Shown here: positions 13,690 through 26,382 of the stretch, in pieces
How the letters are laid out: the number at the start of each line of letters is the position of its first letter
How positions within the stretch are numbered: position 1 is the stretch's first letter
Source: Eledone cirrhosa
Taxonomy: Eukaryota
Reading direction: 5' to 3'
Length of the DNA: 64,000 nucleotides
Assembly: GCA_964016885.1 (NCBI GenBank)
Contig: OZ024747.1
Coordinates: 71,858,001 to 71,922,000, forward strand
Notes under the pieces: model-generated
Database searches by the model: none
What the model was told of the DNA's origin: nothing
Seen by the model: the letters and a program-made list of their open reading frames with translations, nothing else
Position numbers and translations under genes: made by a program

Positions 13690-13893
13690 CTCAGGAAAGA
13701 TTCGCTGGACAGATTTTACGGATAAAACCAACCGGCAAGAGGCCCGGGGGTAGACCCCGAGCAAGATGATTGGATAACATCCATGAGCTTGGTTGGTCAC
13801 GCTTGGGGATCCAGCCGGATCAGTTGGAGACGGTTGCTTTTGACAGGACACACTGGGGGGAGTGTTTGGGGACTCTGTCTCCACGGTCCTCTC
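13690..13893 (+). mobile_element. RTE LINE 3' end
   Basis: Homologous to 5760-5930 (ggatccagccgg..aggacacactgg..agtgtttgggga), followed by a GAA tail. Confidence 0.8.
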
Positions 13894-14607
13894 AGAAGAA
13901 GAAGAAGAAGAAGAAGAAGAAGAAGAAGAAGAAGAAGAAGAAGAAGAAGAAGAAGAAGAAGAAGGAGAAGGAGAAGAAGGAGAAGAAGAAGAAGAAGAAG
14001 AAGAAGAAGAAGAAGAAGAAGAAGAAGAAGAAGGAGAAGGAGAAGAAGAAGGAGAAGAAGGAGAAGAAGAAGAAGAAGAAGAAGAAGAAGAAGAAGAAGA
14101 AGGAGAAGGAGGAGGAGGAGGAGAAGAAGAAGAAGAAGAAGAAGAAGAAGAAGAAGAAGAAGAAGAAGAAGAAGAAGAAGGAGAAGAAGAAGAAGGAGAA
14201 GGAGAAGGAGGAGGAGAAGAAGAAGAAGAAGGAGAAGAAGAAGAAGAAGAAGAAGAAGAAGAAGAAGAAGAAGAAGAAGAAGAAGAAGGAGAAGAAGAAG
14301 AAGAAGAAGAAGAAGAAGAAGAAGAAGAAGAAGGAGAAGAAGAAGAAGGAGAAGGAGAAGGAGGAGGAGAAGAAGAAGAAGAAGAAGGAGAAGAAGAAGA
14401 AGAAGAAGAAGAAGAAGAAGGAGAAGAAGGAGAAGAAGAAGGAGAAGGAGAAGGAGGAGGAGAAGAAGAAGAAGAAGGAGAAGAAGAAGAAGAAGAAGAA
14501 GAAGAAGAAGAAGAAGAAGAAGAAGAAGAAGAAGAAGAAGAAGAAGAAGAAGAAGAAGAAGAAGAAGAAGAAGAAGAAGAAGGCAAAGAAGAAGAAGAAG
14601 AAGAAGA
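13894..14607 (+). repeat. ~714-bp (GAA)n/(GGA)n polypurine tract
   Basis: Directly visible; almost purely purine. Confidence 0.95.
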
Positions 14608-15009
14608 AAGTGATATTGTAAGCAAAGTCTCGTGTATGAGGCAAAGTTAATGTCAGGCGAGATGGGTAGTAACTGTGACACTCTCCCAACTTGTTACCAA
14701 TGATGTGTGGAAATATTCTAAATTCTTACAAATCTCATGATTAACACCAGCTTTAGTCATGCGCTGAAGAATGAATTCAGTAATTATATTCTCAGTACAG
14801 TCCCGTTTCTGCCAAATTTGGATGAAATTTTGTATGAAATATTTTTGACAAACAAAATGAATATCTACTGCGGTGTTTCTCAAGCGTTCAGCATTTAAAC
14901 CGGCCGTATCCGACCAGAATTCTCTCACCTCTTTCTGTTCAAACCAGCCGTAACCGGCCGCTCGTGTCGACGTTAGCGTATTGTTTTCAAAATAAATAAT
15001 TGCTTCTTA

Positions 15010-15170
15010 TTTAGACACAGGGCCAACAATTTTTTTTTTTTTGGGGGGGGGGGGGGGGGTCGATTAAATCGAATCCAGTGAGTTACTGGTGCATTGTTGC
15101 ATCGACCCCTTAAGGGTGAAAGGCAAAGTTAACCTCGGCGGGATTTGAACTCAGAATGTAAAAGGCCGTA
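15010..15170 (-). mobile_element. SINE (reverse orientation)
   Basis: aaggcaaagttaacctcggcgggatttgaactcag is the reverse complement of the SINE core. Confidence 0.75.
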
Positions 15171-16812
15171 TAATAACATCATCAAAATCTCGTAGATTCA
15201 ATATTATGTGAGATAAAGCTTTTACCATGAAAATACAATAGTAAATATAGAGTAATGGAAATGCTAAAAGGTTAATATTGTTTTCACTATATGATCTCTC
15301 TGAACATTGAAGCTAAACAAGAAGCACGAGCCATACATTTACGTTAACTAATTCCTCCCCCCCCCCCCCCCACACACACACACACAAAACAAACCTACGC
15401 CGTCCTTACTAATAAGCAAACAATACATCTAGTTTTCTCTGAAACAAAAAGAATTCTCATTATTTGTCTTTGAAAGAAGACTGAAATGTGAGAATCTAGT
15501 GGAACACGAACCTTGTGTCCGTGTTTACATCAGGGTGTAATTACCATAATTCTAGGTGTCTTCAACAGGATCCATGTGTTATACTAAAGTCTTCAAGGCT
15601 ACTTCATGTTTCGTTTTTAAAATTCATGACAAATTACACAATCAAAACATAAATATTGCATTCACTGGGATTAAGAAAAAGAAAGGTGCTGACCGTCAAA
15701 TCATACCAAGGAAACAATGCTTCTATTGACAGAAGGTGCAACGTAAAGTCAAGTATTTTGATCAAGAACACAATACGCTAATCGGTCCAGAATCGAACCA
15801 ATGGCATTATGATCGTAAGTCCAACACCGTAACCACTAGGCCACATACCTTCACTGCTGAGATTAATACAATTTTAAAAACAGGATCAGGCTGATATAAA
15901 TTGAGACGGGTTCTTTGAGGTCACATATTATAGTGGAACGTAGACAACTAGGTGTGGATTTGAAAACTATTGAGTGCTCAGCATGTATCCTCAGTCGCAT
16001 GCTCTTTGAATCTATGTGTACGCTTCATTTTGTTTAAATGTAAGAAAGTAAAATTTAAATTGTTTTTAATGTTGTTACTTAAAACGGACTATTGGTTTCA
16101 AAAGAAGAGTCGACAATCTTTAATGGATATAGGGACGTTTCTAAGAATGAATGGACTTTATTCGATAAACGATAATAGTATTGCCTTAGTCAAAAATCAA
16201 TTGATTGACGTCGAGGTTTGATGAAGAGAAGTCAGAACTGAATAAGAGAAAATATGAATGTAGAAAAGAAAAAAAGTGGGGGGTGAAAACATTTCTAGAA
16301 ATACATAGTTGATTTTTTTTTTTTTTTACATTAAATAATTGATAAATTTACCGATCTGACAAATTTAATGCTATATTTTCCTTAATGCTGTATGCTATTG
16401 CATATGTACTTCTTGCTCCCTTCTCAACACCGATTTCTTTGAATTCACTTCCTACTCTTACCCACACATTATTGGTTTGCTTGACACATGTGATACGTTG
16501 ACACAAATATCCATTATCACCAATCTTTAAGTCGAGGAATTAATATTGGCTTCCAGCTGTTACAGCAAGACAAGAAGGTTGTTTGCAGATCGATATCTTT
16601 AATTTGATTGGTCAATAGGAGAAACAGGGGTGGAACAAAACTTGATCAATAAATGAAGAGAAAATATCTTCAGGCCAAGATTAATTGAAGAATGGCATTA
16701 GTCGTTAAGGAGATATTCACATAAGAGTTGAGTAGATCAACTGGGATCAATGTTACATTCTGTGATAACTCATTCTTTAGCAGGATTCTCTTGCAACAAA
16801 AACAACAACAAC

Positions 16813-16877
<65 letters not shown>

Positions 16878-16916
16878 GAGGAGGAGGAGGAGGAGGAGGA
16901 GGAGGAGGAGGAGGAG
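16813..16916. repeat. (TAG)n-(GGA)n compound microsatellite
   Basis: Directly visible. Confidence 0.95.
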
Positions 16917-19002
16917 TTACAACAACGGATCAGAACTTCTCTTGGTGGCAGTGTAGAAGACAGCACTGGGCTGTTTGTTGTTGATACAATACGAACGTTC
17001 TGATTGGAAAGTGGTAAATTGAAAGTTGTGGCTCTCATGATGTTCTGTGTAAAATTAGAGACAAAAGCGAGACTGTTTAACTTAGATAGCGAAACTGTAT
17101 TGCGGCCCAGTTCACGGGACAGACCGCCATGCATAAGTTAACCAGCCAAAGATATTAATAGGAAATTGGGAAAATGTGATGTTCAAGTTCTTCAAGGAAG
17201 GAAAAGACCGATCCATAAACTGAATCAAGGAAACTATATTTCTATTGGTCATTCAATTGTTGATACTGTCAGTCACAACTCCTGGCAGAAGCGTCTCAAG
17301 TTTTCTGGTGAGCGGGAACAGTTGAACTCAGAATGTACAGAGCCGGAACTAAAGCGACACGACATCCTCTCCCACTCTTCTACAATTCCACCAATCCCCC
17401 GCTCTTCGACTGGTACTTTATTTATCGTCCCCGAAATGATTGGAAAAGTTTGTCTCAGCAGGATTTGAACCCAGATCGCTGAGAGCCAGAATAAATGCTG
17501 CAAAACTCTTTAAAAGATCATCAAAGAAGAGACATGACTCCGTGTAGGAATTTTTCACCATTCTACAAGTAGAAACTTAATAGAGGCGTATCTGAAGGTA
17601 TATACGATATGCTTATTCATAATATATTCATAAACATACAAGAGTCTGATTAGTTAGAGAGGATAATAACCAAGTGAATCATAACTTTGGACTAAGATTC
17701 ATTTTATAGAACTAGGAGGAATTAAAGACAATGTTTTTATGGGAGGAATTTCAAGTCAGAAAGTGCAGAGACGAAAATAAATACTGAAATGTGCATCTAA
17801 GTATGTATACGCCGTCTCCTTTACGTGGATGCACATATAGTGATAGGTGGGTATCGACATAGGCGTGAATTCATCTGTAATCGTGTTCCACACAATTCTC
17901 TTCTGATTCCTTATCTTTGCTATCATACACTGTCAACAAATACCTCCCTTTCCTCATCTATCTAAACTTATTTCGATGATTTCGATTTATAACTATCTTT
18001 CGAGCTTTTTGCGATGTCGGTCGTCTTAGCTGTACGCGTCTCTAGCTATGGCCGAAATACCGCCGTCGTTATTTTAGTCTAAGGAAAAATAGTTGTTAAT
18101 CCAAGTTGTTGATTATTTGCTTCAGAGTTCAGGCCTTACTGTTTTGATTGGAAATCTATATGCTGGTAAAATTGCAAAAAAAAGTTTTCAGTAACGGAAA
18201 TTAGAATAAGATATCTTCTCCCAACATCCATTCCACATTATTTTAATCACCTCATTTGAGGTTTGTAAATTATTAAGTCACATTACTTTTTCAAGAACAC
18301 AAACTGAGTGATGATACGTTTCAGGTGGGTTAATACCTGCCAATTTGGTACATACACGTACTTGTTTATGCTCTATATAGGGTTTTTAGTGTTGGGGTAT
18401 GCTACATTTAAAACTGTGTATCTCTTTTTAAACACCCATCTACAAACTTCTTTGTGATTTTGCATATATTCACTTTTTGTTAGTGTGCTGTATACGTATT
18501 ACTAATGTTCATTTATCTTGTATGTTTTCAAGTCCATTGGTAATCCGATTTTTTGTTTATAAACTTGAATATGTTTGGTTGATTTCTCTGCTTCAGAAAT
18601 ATAATATCATCTGCTTCAGTATTATAATCTCGGCCTCATATCTTATCTTACTCCGTATATTAGAACCATATATATCTATCATAAATCTCTATTAACATTG
18701 ACGTTTCTGAGAGGTTTCGTGGTTTTTTACATCAATATAATTCTTGATGTGTAATATTAAAGGTCACCTGTAGAGACCATGATAAGTATTCCTAAAGTGT
18801 TGTAAACGAAACGCTTGTATGTTGAGGGGGTGAGGTTACCTTATTTTCATCACTGCCATAGTTGACTAAGAGGTATCTATCGGGCTTTCCTCAGCACGTA
18901 TAGTCTCTGCCTGCATTTAATTGTTCTTAAAGTGATTATTTCTGACAATTTTATATCCAGATTTGAACTCAGAGCCTTTTATGTTCTAAGTTCAAATCGC
19001 GC

Positions 19003-19629
19003 CATACACACATACATACACACATACATACATACATACACACATACACACATACATGTATACACACATACATACATACACACATACATACATACATACA
19101 TACATACATACATACATACATACATACATACACACATACATACATACATGTATACACACATACATACATACACACATACATACATACATACATACATACA
19201 TACATACATACATACATACATACATACATACACACATACATACATACATGTATACACACATACATACATACATACATACATACATACATACATACACACA
19301 TACACACATACATGTATACACACATACATACATACACACATACATACATACATACATACATACATACATACACACATACATACATACACACGTACACACA
19401 TACATACATACATACATACATACATACACACATACACACATACACACATACATGTATACACACATACACACATACATACACACATACATACATACATACA
19501 TACATACATACATACACACATACATGTATACACACATACATACATACACACATACACACATACATACACACATACATACATACACACATACATACACACA
19601 TACATACATACATACATACACACATACAT
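19003..19629 (+). repeat. (CATA)n/(CACA)n microsatellite with recurring CATGTATA variants, upstream of the array
   Basis: Directly visible. Confidence 0.95.
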
Positions 19630-21353
19630 GTGATAGCTTGTCAGTACTACTCTTCGTTCTCTCACTGAATCCACTATCTTACCTACTCAGGAAACAAGGT
19701 GGACAAAGAAGTGGGCCCAGAAGTATCTCCCATCTTTTCTTTGTTGATGACCTGAAGTTGTATGGGCCAAATATCAATGACATCAAGAAACAATTGGACC
19801 TCATTACACAATTTTCAACCGACATCAAAATGAAATTTGGTGAGTCCAAGTGTGCATATTTGGCAGTAAAACGTGGAAGAGCTGTGCCCTCCTCTAGAAA
19901 TCTAGATATGAACGGCCTGACAATACAACCTCTGCAGTCAGGTGACAACTACAGATATCTTGGACAGGATGAGAATGTCAGATATGATGGACCCATAAAT
20001 AAGGAGAGAACCAGAACTGAATACCTCAGAAGAGTAAAAAAAATATGGTCATCAGAACTGTCAGCATACAACAAATACATTGCCCACAATACCTATGCTG
20101 TGCCAATTATAACGCCAACATTTGGCCTACTGAACTGGTCATTGCAAGAACTAAGTGAGATGGATGTTAGAACTCGTAAACTTCTCAGTGTTACTGGGAA
20201 CTTTAACATCAATGGTGATGTGGATAGGCTATACTTCTCACGCAAGGAAGGTGGCCGGGGTCTAAAATCAATATTAACAACATATGAGACCCGGATAGTA
20301 ACACTGAAGCAACACCTTCAACAGAGGAAAAAGGTTGGCGACCATCTTGCTCAGGTTTATGAGCATGAAAAAAGAAATATCATTAGAATAGCGACTGATC
20401 TGGAGGAGAGATATGGAATAAAGCCTGATATAAATCTCTCACCCAGAGAAATCGGAAGATCCTATTCAATGTTCAAACAAGAAAAAAAAATTGACCAATT
20501 TACAGAGAAAGTTGTGCATGGATACTTGAGGCGTAAAACACAGACCATAGAGGGGATAAACCACTCAAAAAGCCTGGCATGGAGTTCCGACAAGTTTATG
20601 ACATCACACCTTGAGGGATATCTCTATGCAATACAGGAACAAGAACTCCCTACCAAATATCTGCTGCACAAAAGAGGAGGGCCAGCAGCTGACAATAAAT
20701 GTAGGCTATGTAAAACAAAGATCGAGGATGTAAGCCACATTGTTGCCAGCTGCGAAAGAATGTCATCTCGCTACTACCTCCCCATGAGACACGATGGGAT
20801 AGCTAGAACTATCTGGAACGCACTTCGGAAAACAAAATTAACAACAAACGAGGAAGAATATATTGAGACAGATGGCACTAAGGAATACTGGTGGAACCTG
20901 AAAATAAAAACTGCCACCAAATTAAAGCACAACCGGCCTGATATTGTAGTTTGGGACCACACATTGAAAACGTGTTCTGTTGTGGAGATCAGCTGCCCAC
21001 TTGATGTAAACGTTGTCAGAAAAATACAGGAGAAGGAGGACATCTACGGACCATTGATGAGGAGCTTACAAATCCAGTATCCAAGATACACCTTTAGCTT
21101 CATACCCATCATTATTGGTGCTACGGGTTATATACCAACCCGCTTGGACCAAAGTATGACCGAACTTGGATTTGCGGACAAAAAGCGCAGCTCCCTAATT
21201 CATAGTCTACAAATGGCTGCGATAGCTGGCACCTTCAAAATATGCAAAACATTCTTGCGATTCAAGGGATGACAATTTCTTTTCTTTTACAACCTTGCCA
21301 CCAGGAAGGTGGCCGGTCAAAAAAATATACTCGAAATTAAGAGAAAGAGAAAA
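19630..21353 (+). mobile_element. R4/Dong-like RLE non-LTR retrotransposon, copy A (5'-truncated at QG|DSLS in RT)
   Basis: DSLS, FFVDD, YRYLG, CRLC-x8-H-x4-C, RHD, PDIVVWD..VEISCP; stop at 21270-21272; ~80-bp 3' UTR ending gagaaaa. Confidence 0.92.
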
Positions 21354-22282
21354 CATACATACATACATACATACATACATACACACATACACACATACAT
21401 ACACACATACACACATACACACATACATACATACATACATACATACATACATACATACATACATACATACATACACACATACACACATACATGTATACAC
21501 ACATACACACATACATACACACATACATACATACATACATACATACATACATACATACATACATACACACATACATGTATACACACATACATACATACAC
21601 ACATACACACATACATACATACACACATACATACACACATACATACACACATACATACACACATACATACATACACACATACATACATACACACATACAT
21701 ACATACACACATACATGTATACACACATACATACATACATACATACATACATACATACATACATACATACATACACACACACATACATACACACATACAT
21801 ACATACATACATACACACATACATACATACATACATACATACATACATACATACATACATGTATACACACATACATACATACATACACACATACATACAT
21901 ACATACATACACACATACATACACACATACATACATACATACATACACACATACATGTATACACACATACATACATACATACACACATACATACATACAC
22001 ACATACATGTATACACACATACATACATACATACATACATACATACATACATACATACATACACACATACATACACACATACATACATACATACACACAT
22101 AAATACATACATACATACATACATACATGTATACACACATACATACATACATGCATACATACATACATACATACACACATACATACATACATACATACAT
22201 ACATACATACATACATACATACATACATACATACATACATACATACATACATACATACATGCATACATATATACATACATAC
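21354..22282 (+). repeat. (CATA)n/(CACA)n spacer 1
   Basis: Appears identical to 26383-27311 (translated ORFs identical). Confidence 0.95.
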
Positions 22283-22925
22283 ATGTAAGCCGATCGAGGA
22301 TGTAAGCCACATTGTTGCCAGCTGCGAAAGAATGTCATCTCGCTACTACCTCCCCATGAGACACGATGGGATAGCTAGAACTATCTGGAACGCACTTCGG
22401 AAAACAAAATTAACAACAAACGAGGAAGAATATATTGAGACAGATGGCACTAAGGAATACTGGTGGAACCTGAAAATAAAAACTGCCACCAAATTAAAGC
22501 ACAACCGGCCTGATATTGTAGTTTGGGACCACACATTGAAAACGTGTTCTGTTGTGGAGATCAGCTGCCCACTTGATGTAAACGTTGTCAGAAAAATACA
22601 GGAGAAGGAGGACATCTACGGACCATTGATGAGGAGCTTACAAATCCAGTATCCAAGATACACCTTTAGCTTCATACCCATCATTATTGGTGCTACGGGT
22701 TATATACCAACCCGCTTGGACCAAAGTATGACCGAACTTGGATTTGCGGACAAAAAACGCAGCTCCCTAATTCATAGTCTACAAATGGCTGCGATAGCTG
22801 GCACCTTCAAAATATGCAAAACATTCTTGCGATTCAAGGGATGACAATTTCTTTTCTTTTACAACCTTGCCACCAGGAAGGTGGCCGGTCAAAAAAATAT
22901 ACTCGAAATTAAGAGAAAGAGAAAA
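22283..22925 (+). mobile_element. R4/Dong-like copy B (5'-truncated inside the zinc finger; RLE domain only)
   Basis: IEDVSHIVASC...FLRFKG* plus the same 3' UTR. Confidence 0.92.
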
Positions 22926-23267
22926 CATATACACACATACATGTATACACACATACATACATACATACATGCATACATACATACATACATACATACATAC
23001 ATACATACATACATACATGCATACATACATACATACATACACACACACATACATACATACATACATACATACATACATGCATGCATACATACATACATAC
23101 ATACATACATACATACATACATACATACATACATACATACATACATACATACATGTATACACACATACATACATACATGCATACATACATACATACATAC
23201 ATACATACATACATACATACATACATACATACATACATACATACATACATACATACATACATACATA
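22926..23267 (+). repeat. (CATA)n spacer 2
   Basis: Appears identical to 27955-28296. Confidence 0.95.
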
Positions 23268-26200
23268 ACTTGTGGGCTCCCTACAAGTGATATGGAATGA
23301 TATGTTTCAAGAGATACACAGCCTTAATGTGAGTGACAGACCATACAACACTAGAGTCAGTAAAGAACCCACTAAATTGGAATTGGAAGCGGTGAACGAA
23401 ATAGCTGGCAATTATCTGAAGGCTATACGATCTAAAAGTGTAGAAACGACATTTGAAACGCTTAATGTTTTGTTATATGTTTCAGCTGTCACATTGCTAG
23501 CATATAACACACATCTAAAACCACGCAATCAAGATACAAACAGAAAGCCTGAACCAGCGTGGATGCGAAATTTAAAAACCAAAATTTTGTCCCTGAGACG
23601 AAGTATCTCACACATCGCAGTCGTTATGAAATGCAACATAGAGAGTAACTTCACACAACACCAGGAAGACCTAAAGAAAATGTTAGAGAGAAGATTTGGA
23701 GATACAAAATTTAAAACTTTGAACTCCAAATTACACCAGTTGAAACAACAACTCACAGCTACAACAGAAAGACTAAAATATAAGTCAACAGCACATAAAC
23801 GACAAGTGCTAAATAGATTGTTTGCCAGAGATCCTAAATCAGTTTATCGCAGCTTCGGTGGCAAAAGCTCAATCTCTGTAAATGACACCCCTTCAAAAGA
23901 ACAGGTTGAGAGCTACTGGAGATCTGTATGGGAAACGGATGACGGATTCAACAGACAAGCTAATTGGCTAAAAGAACTGGAACAGGACTACTGCCAACAT
24001 GTCCAGACAAAACAATATGACATAGATGGGTCAATACTGGAAACAGCTCTACAGAAAATGTCGAATAGGAAATCGCCAGGCCCAGACCTCATTACAGGAT
24101 ACTGGTTGAAGAATTTCACTTTCTATCGGCAAGATCTCATACGGCTGTTTACAGAAACCATTAAGGGCACACAAGAACTGCCCAGATGGTTATCAACTGC
24201 CTCTACTCTCCTCATTCCCAAAAATAGCCAAACCACCCTTGCTAAAAATTACCGCCCAATTGCCTGCCAAAACATCATGTATAAATTATATACTGGGTGC
24301 CTTAACCTGTTCTTACAGGATCACTGTGCTACCAACAACATCATAACACCTGAGCAAGCTGGTGGAAAGAGGGAGGTGTGGGGTTGCATAGATCACCTAC
24401 TAACTAACAAAATGATTCAGGAAAAAACAACAAAGAATCGCAGAAACATGACTGTCGTGTGGCTGGACTATCAAAAAGCATTTGATAGTGTACCTCATGG
24501 GTGGATTGTTAAGGCTTTACAGTTAGCTAAAGTCCCACAACCATTGGTAGCTGCTGTTGAACGCCTGACCAAGAACTGGTACACCAGTTTGATCCTTAGA
24601 GGTGAGAAGGAGCAGGTTAAGACTGATAAGATACATTACCAGAAGGGCATCTTTCAGGGTGATAGCTTGTCAGTGCTACTCTTCGTTCTCTCACTGAATC
24701 CACTATCTTACCTACTCAGGAAACAAGGTCGACAAAGAAGTGGGACCAGAAGTATCTCCCATCTTTTCTTTGTTGATGACCTGAAGTTGTATGGGCCAAA
24801 TATCAATGACATCAAGAAACAATTGGACCTCATTACACAATTTTCAACCGACATCAAAATGAAATTTGGTGAGTCCAAGTGTGCATATTTGGCAGTAAAA
24901 CGTGGAAGAGCTGTGCCCTCCTCTAGAAATCTAGAGATGAACGGCCTGACAATACAACCTCTGCAGTCAGGTGACAACTACAGATATCTTGGACAGGATG
25001 AGAATGTCAGATATGATGGACCCATAAATAAGGAGAGAACCAGAACTGAATACCTCAGAAGAGTAAAGAAAATATGGTCATCAGAACTGTCAGCATACAA
25101 CAAATACATTGCCCACAATACTTATGCTGTGCCAATTCTAACGCCAACATTTGGCCTACTGAACTGGTCATTGCAAGAACTAAGTGAGATGGATGTTAGA
25201 ACTCGAAAACTTCTCAGTGTTACTGGGAACTTTAACATCAATGGTGATGTGGATAGGCTATACTTCTCACGCAAGGAAGGTGGCCGGGGTCTAAAATCAA
25301 TATTAACAACATATGAGACCCGGATAGTGACACTGAAGCAACACCTTCAACAGAGGAAAAAGGTTGGCAACCATCTTGCCCAGGTTTATGACCATGAAAA
25401 AAGAAATATCATTAGAATAGCGACTGATCTGGAGGAGAGATATGGAATAAAGCCCGATATAAATCTCTCACCCAGAGAAATCGGAAGATCCTATTCAATG
25501 TTCAAACAAGAAAAAAAAATTGACCAATTTACAGAAAAAGTTGTGCATGGATACTTGAGGCGTAAAACACAGACCATAGAGGGGATAAACCACTCAAAAA
25601 GCCTGGCATGGAGTTCCGACAAGTTTATGACATCACACCTTGAGGGATATCTCTATGCAATACAGGAACAAGAACTCCCTACCAAATATCTGCTGCACAA
25701 AAGAGGAGGGCCAGCAGCTGACAATAAATGTAGGCTATGTAAAACAAAGATCGAGGATGTAAGCCACATTGTTGCCAGCTGCGAAAGAATGTCATCTCGC
25801 TACTACCTCCCCATGAGACACGATGGGATAGCTAGAACTATCTGGAACGCACTTCGGAAAACAAAATTAACAACAAACGAGGAAGAATATATTGAGACAG
25901 ATGGCACTAAGGAATACTGGTGGAACCTGAAAATAAAAACTGCCACCAAATTAAAGCACAACCGGCCTGATATTGTAGTTTGGGACCACACATTGAAAAC
26001 GTGTTCTGTTGTGGAGATCAGCTGCCCACTTGATGTAAACGTTGTCAGAAAAATACAGGAGAAGGAGGACATCTACGGACCATTGATGAGGAGCTTACAA
26101 ATCCAGTATCCAAGATACACCTTTAGCTTCATACCCATCATTATTGGTGCTACGGGTTATATACCAACCCGCTTGGACCAAAGTATGACCGAACTTGGAT

Positions 26201-26382
26201 TTGCGGACAAAAAGCGCAGCTCCCTAATTCATAGTCTACAAATGGCTGCGATAGCTGGCACCTTCAAAATATGCAAAACATTCTTGCGATTCAAGGGATG
26301 ACAATTTCTTTTCTTTTACAACCTTGCCACCAGGAAGGTGGCCGGTCAAAAAAATATACTCGAAATTAAGAGAAAGAGAAAA
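23268..26382 (+). mobile_element. R4/Dong-like copy C (longest, uninterrupted ORF; chimeric)
   Basis: 3.1-kb element between microsatellite spacers; carries the 1009-codon ORF. Confidence 0.93.
23272..26301 (+). CDS. Non-LTR retrotransposon protein: reverse transcriptase + CCHC zinc knuckle + restriction-like endonuclease (R4/Dong-like); probably N-terminally truncated
   Basis: KSPGPD, NYRPIAC, EQAG, WLDYQKAFDSVPH, GIFQGDSLS, HLFFVDDLKLY, YRYLG, GGRGL, AIQEQ, CRLC..H..C, RHD, NRPDIVVWD, VEISCP, K..Y. Opens on GTG right after an in-frame TAA at the microsatellite junction; first ATG is 10 codons later. Confidence 0.92.
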   Translation: MGSLQVIWNDMFQEIHSLNVSDRPYNTRVSKEPTKLELEAVNEIAGNYLKAIRSKSVETTFETLNVLLYVSAVTLLAYNTHLKPRNQDTNRKPEPAWMRNLKTKILSLRRSISHIAVVMKCNIESNFTQHQEDLKKMLERRFGDTKFKTLNSKLHQLKQQLTATTERLKYKSTAHKRQVLNRLFARDPKSVYRSFGGKSSISVNDTPSKEQVESYWRSVWETDDGFNRQANWLKELEQDYCQHVQTKQYDIDGSILETALQKMSNRKSPGPDLITGYWLKNFTFYRQDLIRLFTETIKGTQELPRWLSTASTLLIPKNSQTTLAKNYRPIACQNIMYKLYTGCLNLFLQDHCATNNIITPEQAGGKREVWGCIDHLLTNKMIQEKTTKNRRNMTVVWLDYQKAFDSVPHGWIVKALQLAKVPQPLVAAVERLTKNWYTSLILRGEKEQVKTDKIHYQKGIFQGDSLSVLLFVLSLNPLSYLLRKQGRQRSGTRSISHLFFVDDLKLYGPNINDIKKQLDLITQFSTDIKMKFGESKCAYLAVKRGRAVPSSRNLEMNGLTIQPLQSGDNYRYLGQDENVRYDGPINKERTRTEYLRRVKKIWSSELSAYNKYIAHNTYAVPILTPTFGLLNWSLQELSEMDVRTRKLLSVTGNFNINGDVDRLYFSRKEGGRGLKSILTTYETRIVTLKQHLQQRKKVGNHLAQVYDHEKRNIIRIATDLEERYGIKPDINLSPREIGRSYSMFKQEKKIDQFTEKVVHGYLRRKTQTIEGINHSKSLAWSSDKFMTSHLEGYLYAIQEQELPTKYLLHKRGGPAADNKCRLCKTKIEDVSHIVASCERMSSRYYLPMRHDGIARTIWNALRKTKLTTNEEEYIETDGTKEYWWNLKIKTATKLKHNRPDIVVWDHTLKTCSVVEISCPLDVNVVRKIQEKEDIYGPLMRSLQIQYPRYTFSFIPIIIGATGYIPTRLDQSMTELGFADKKRSSLIHSLQMAAIAGTFKICKTFLRFKG

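Noticed and set aside
13684-14689. Poly-S/K/R/E/L/F ORFs (also 5756-6296)
   Set aside because: Translations of GAA microsatellite.
16670-17503. ORFs of 76-154 aa near the TAG/GGA repeat
   Set aside because: No recognisable domain; partly microsatellite- and SINE-derived.
19056-22844. Long ORFs fusing (HTYI)n to RT/RLE (19056-21272, 21309-22844, 26338-27873)
   Set aside because: (CATA)n has no stop codon in any frame, so read-through fusions are expected by chance. No evidence of selection.
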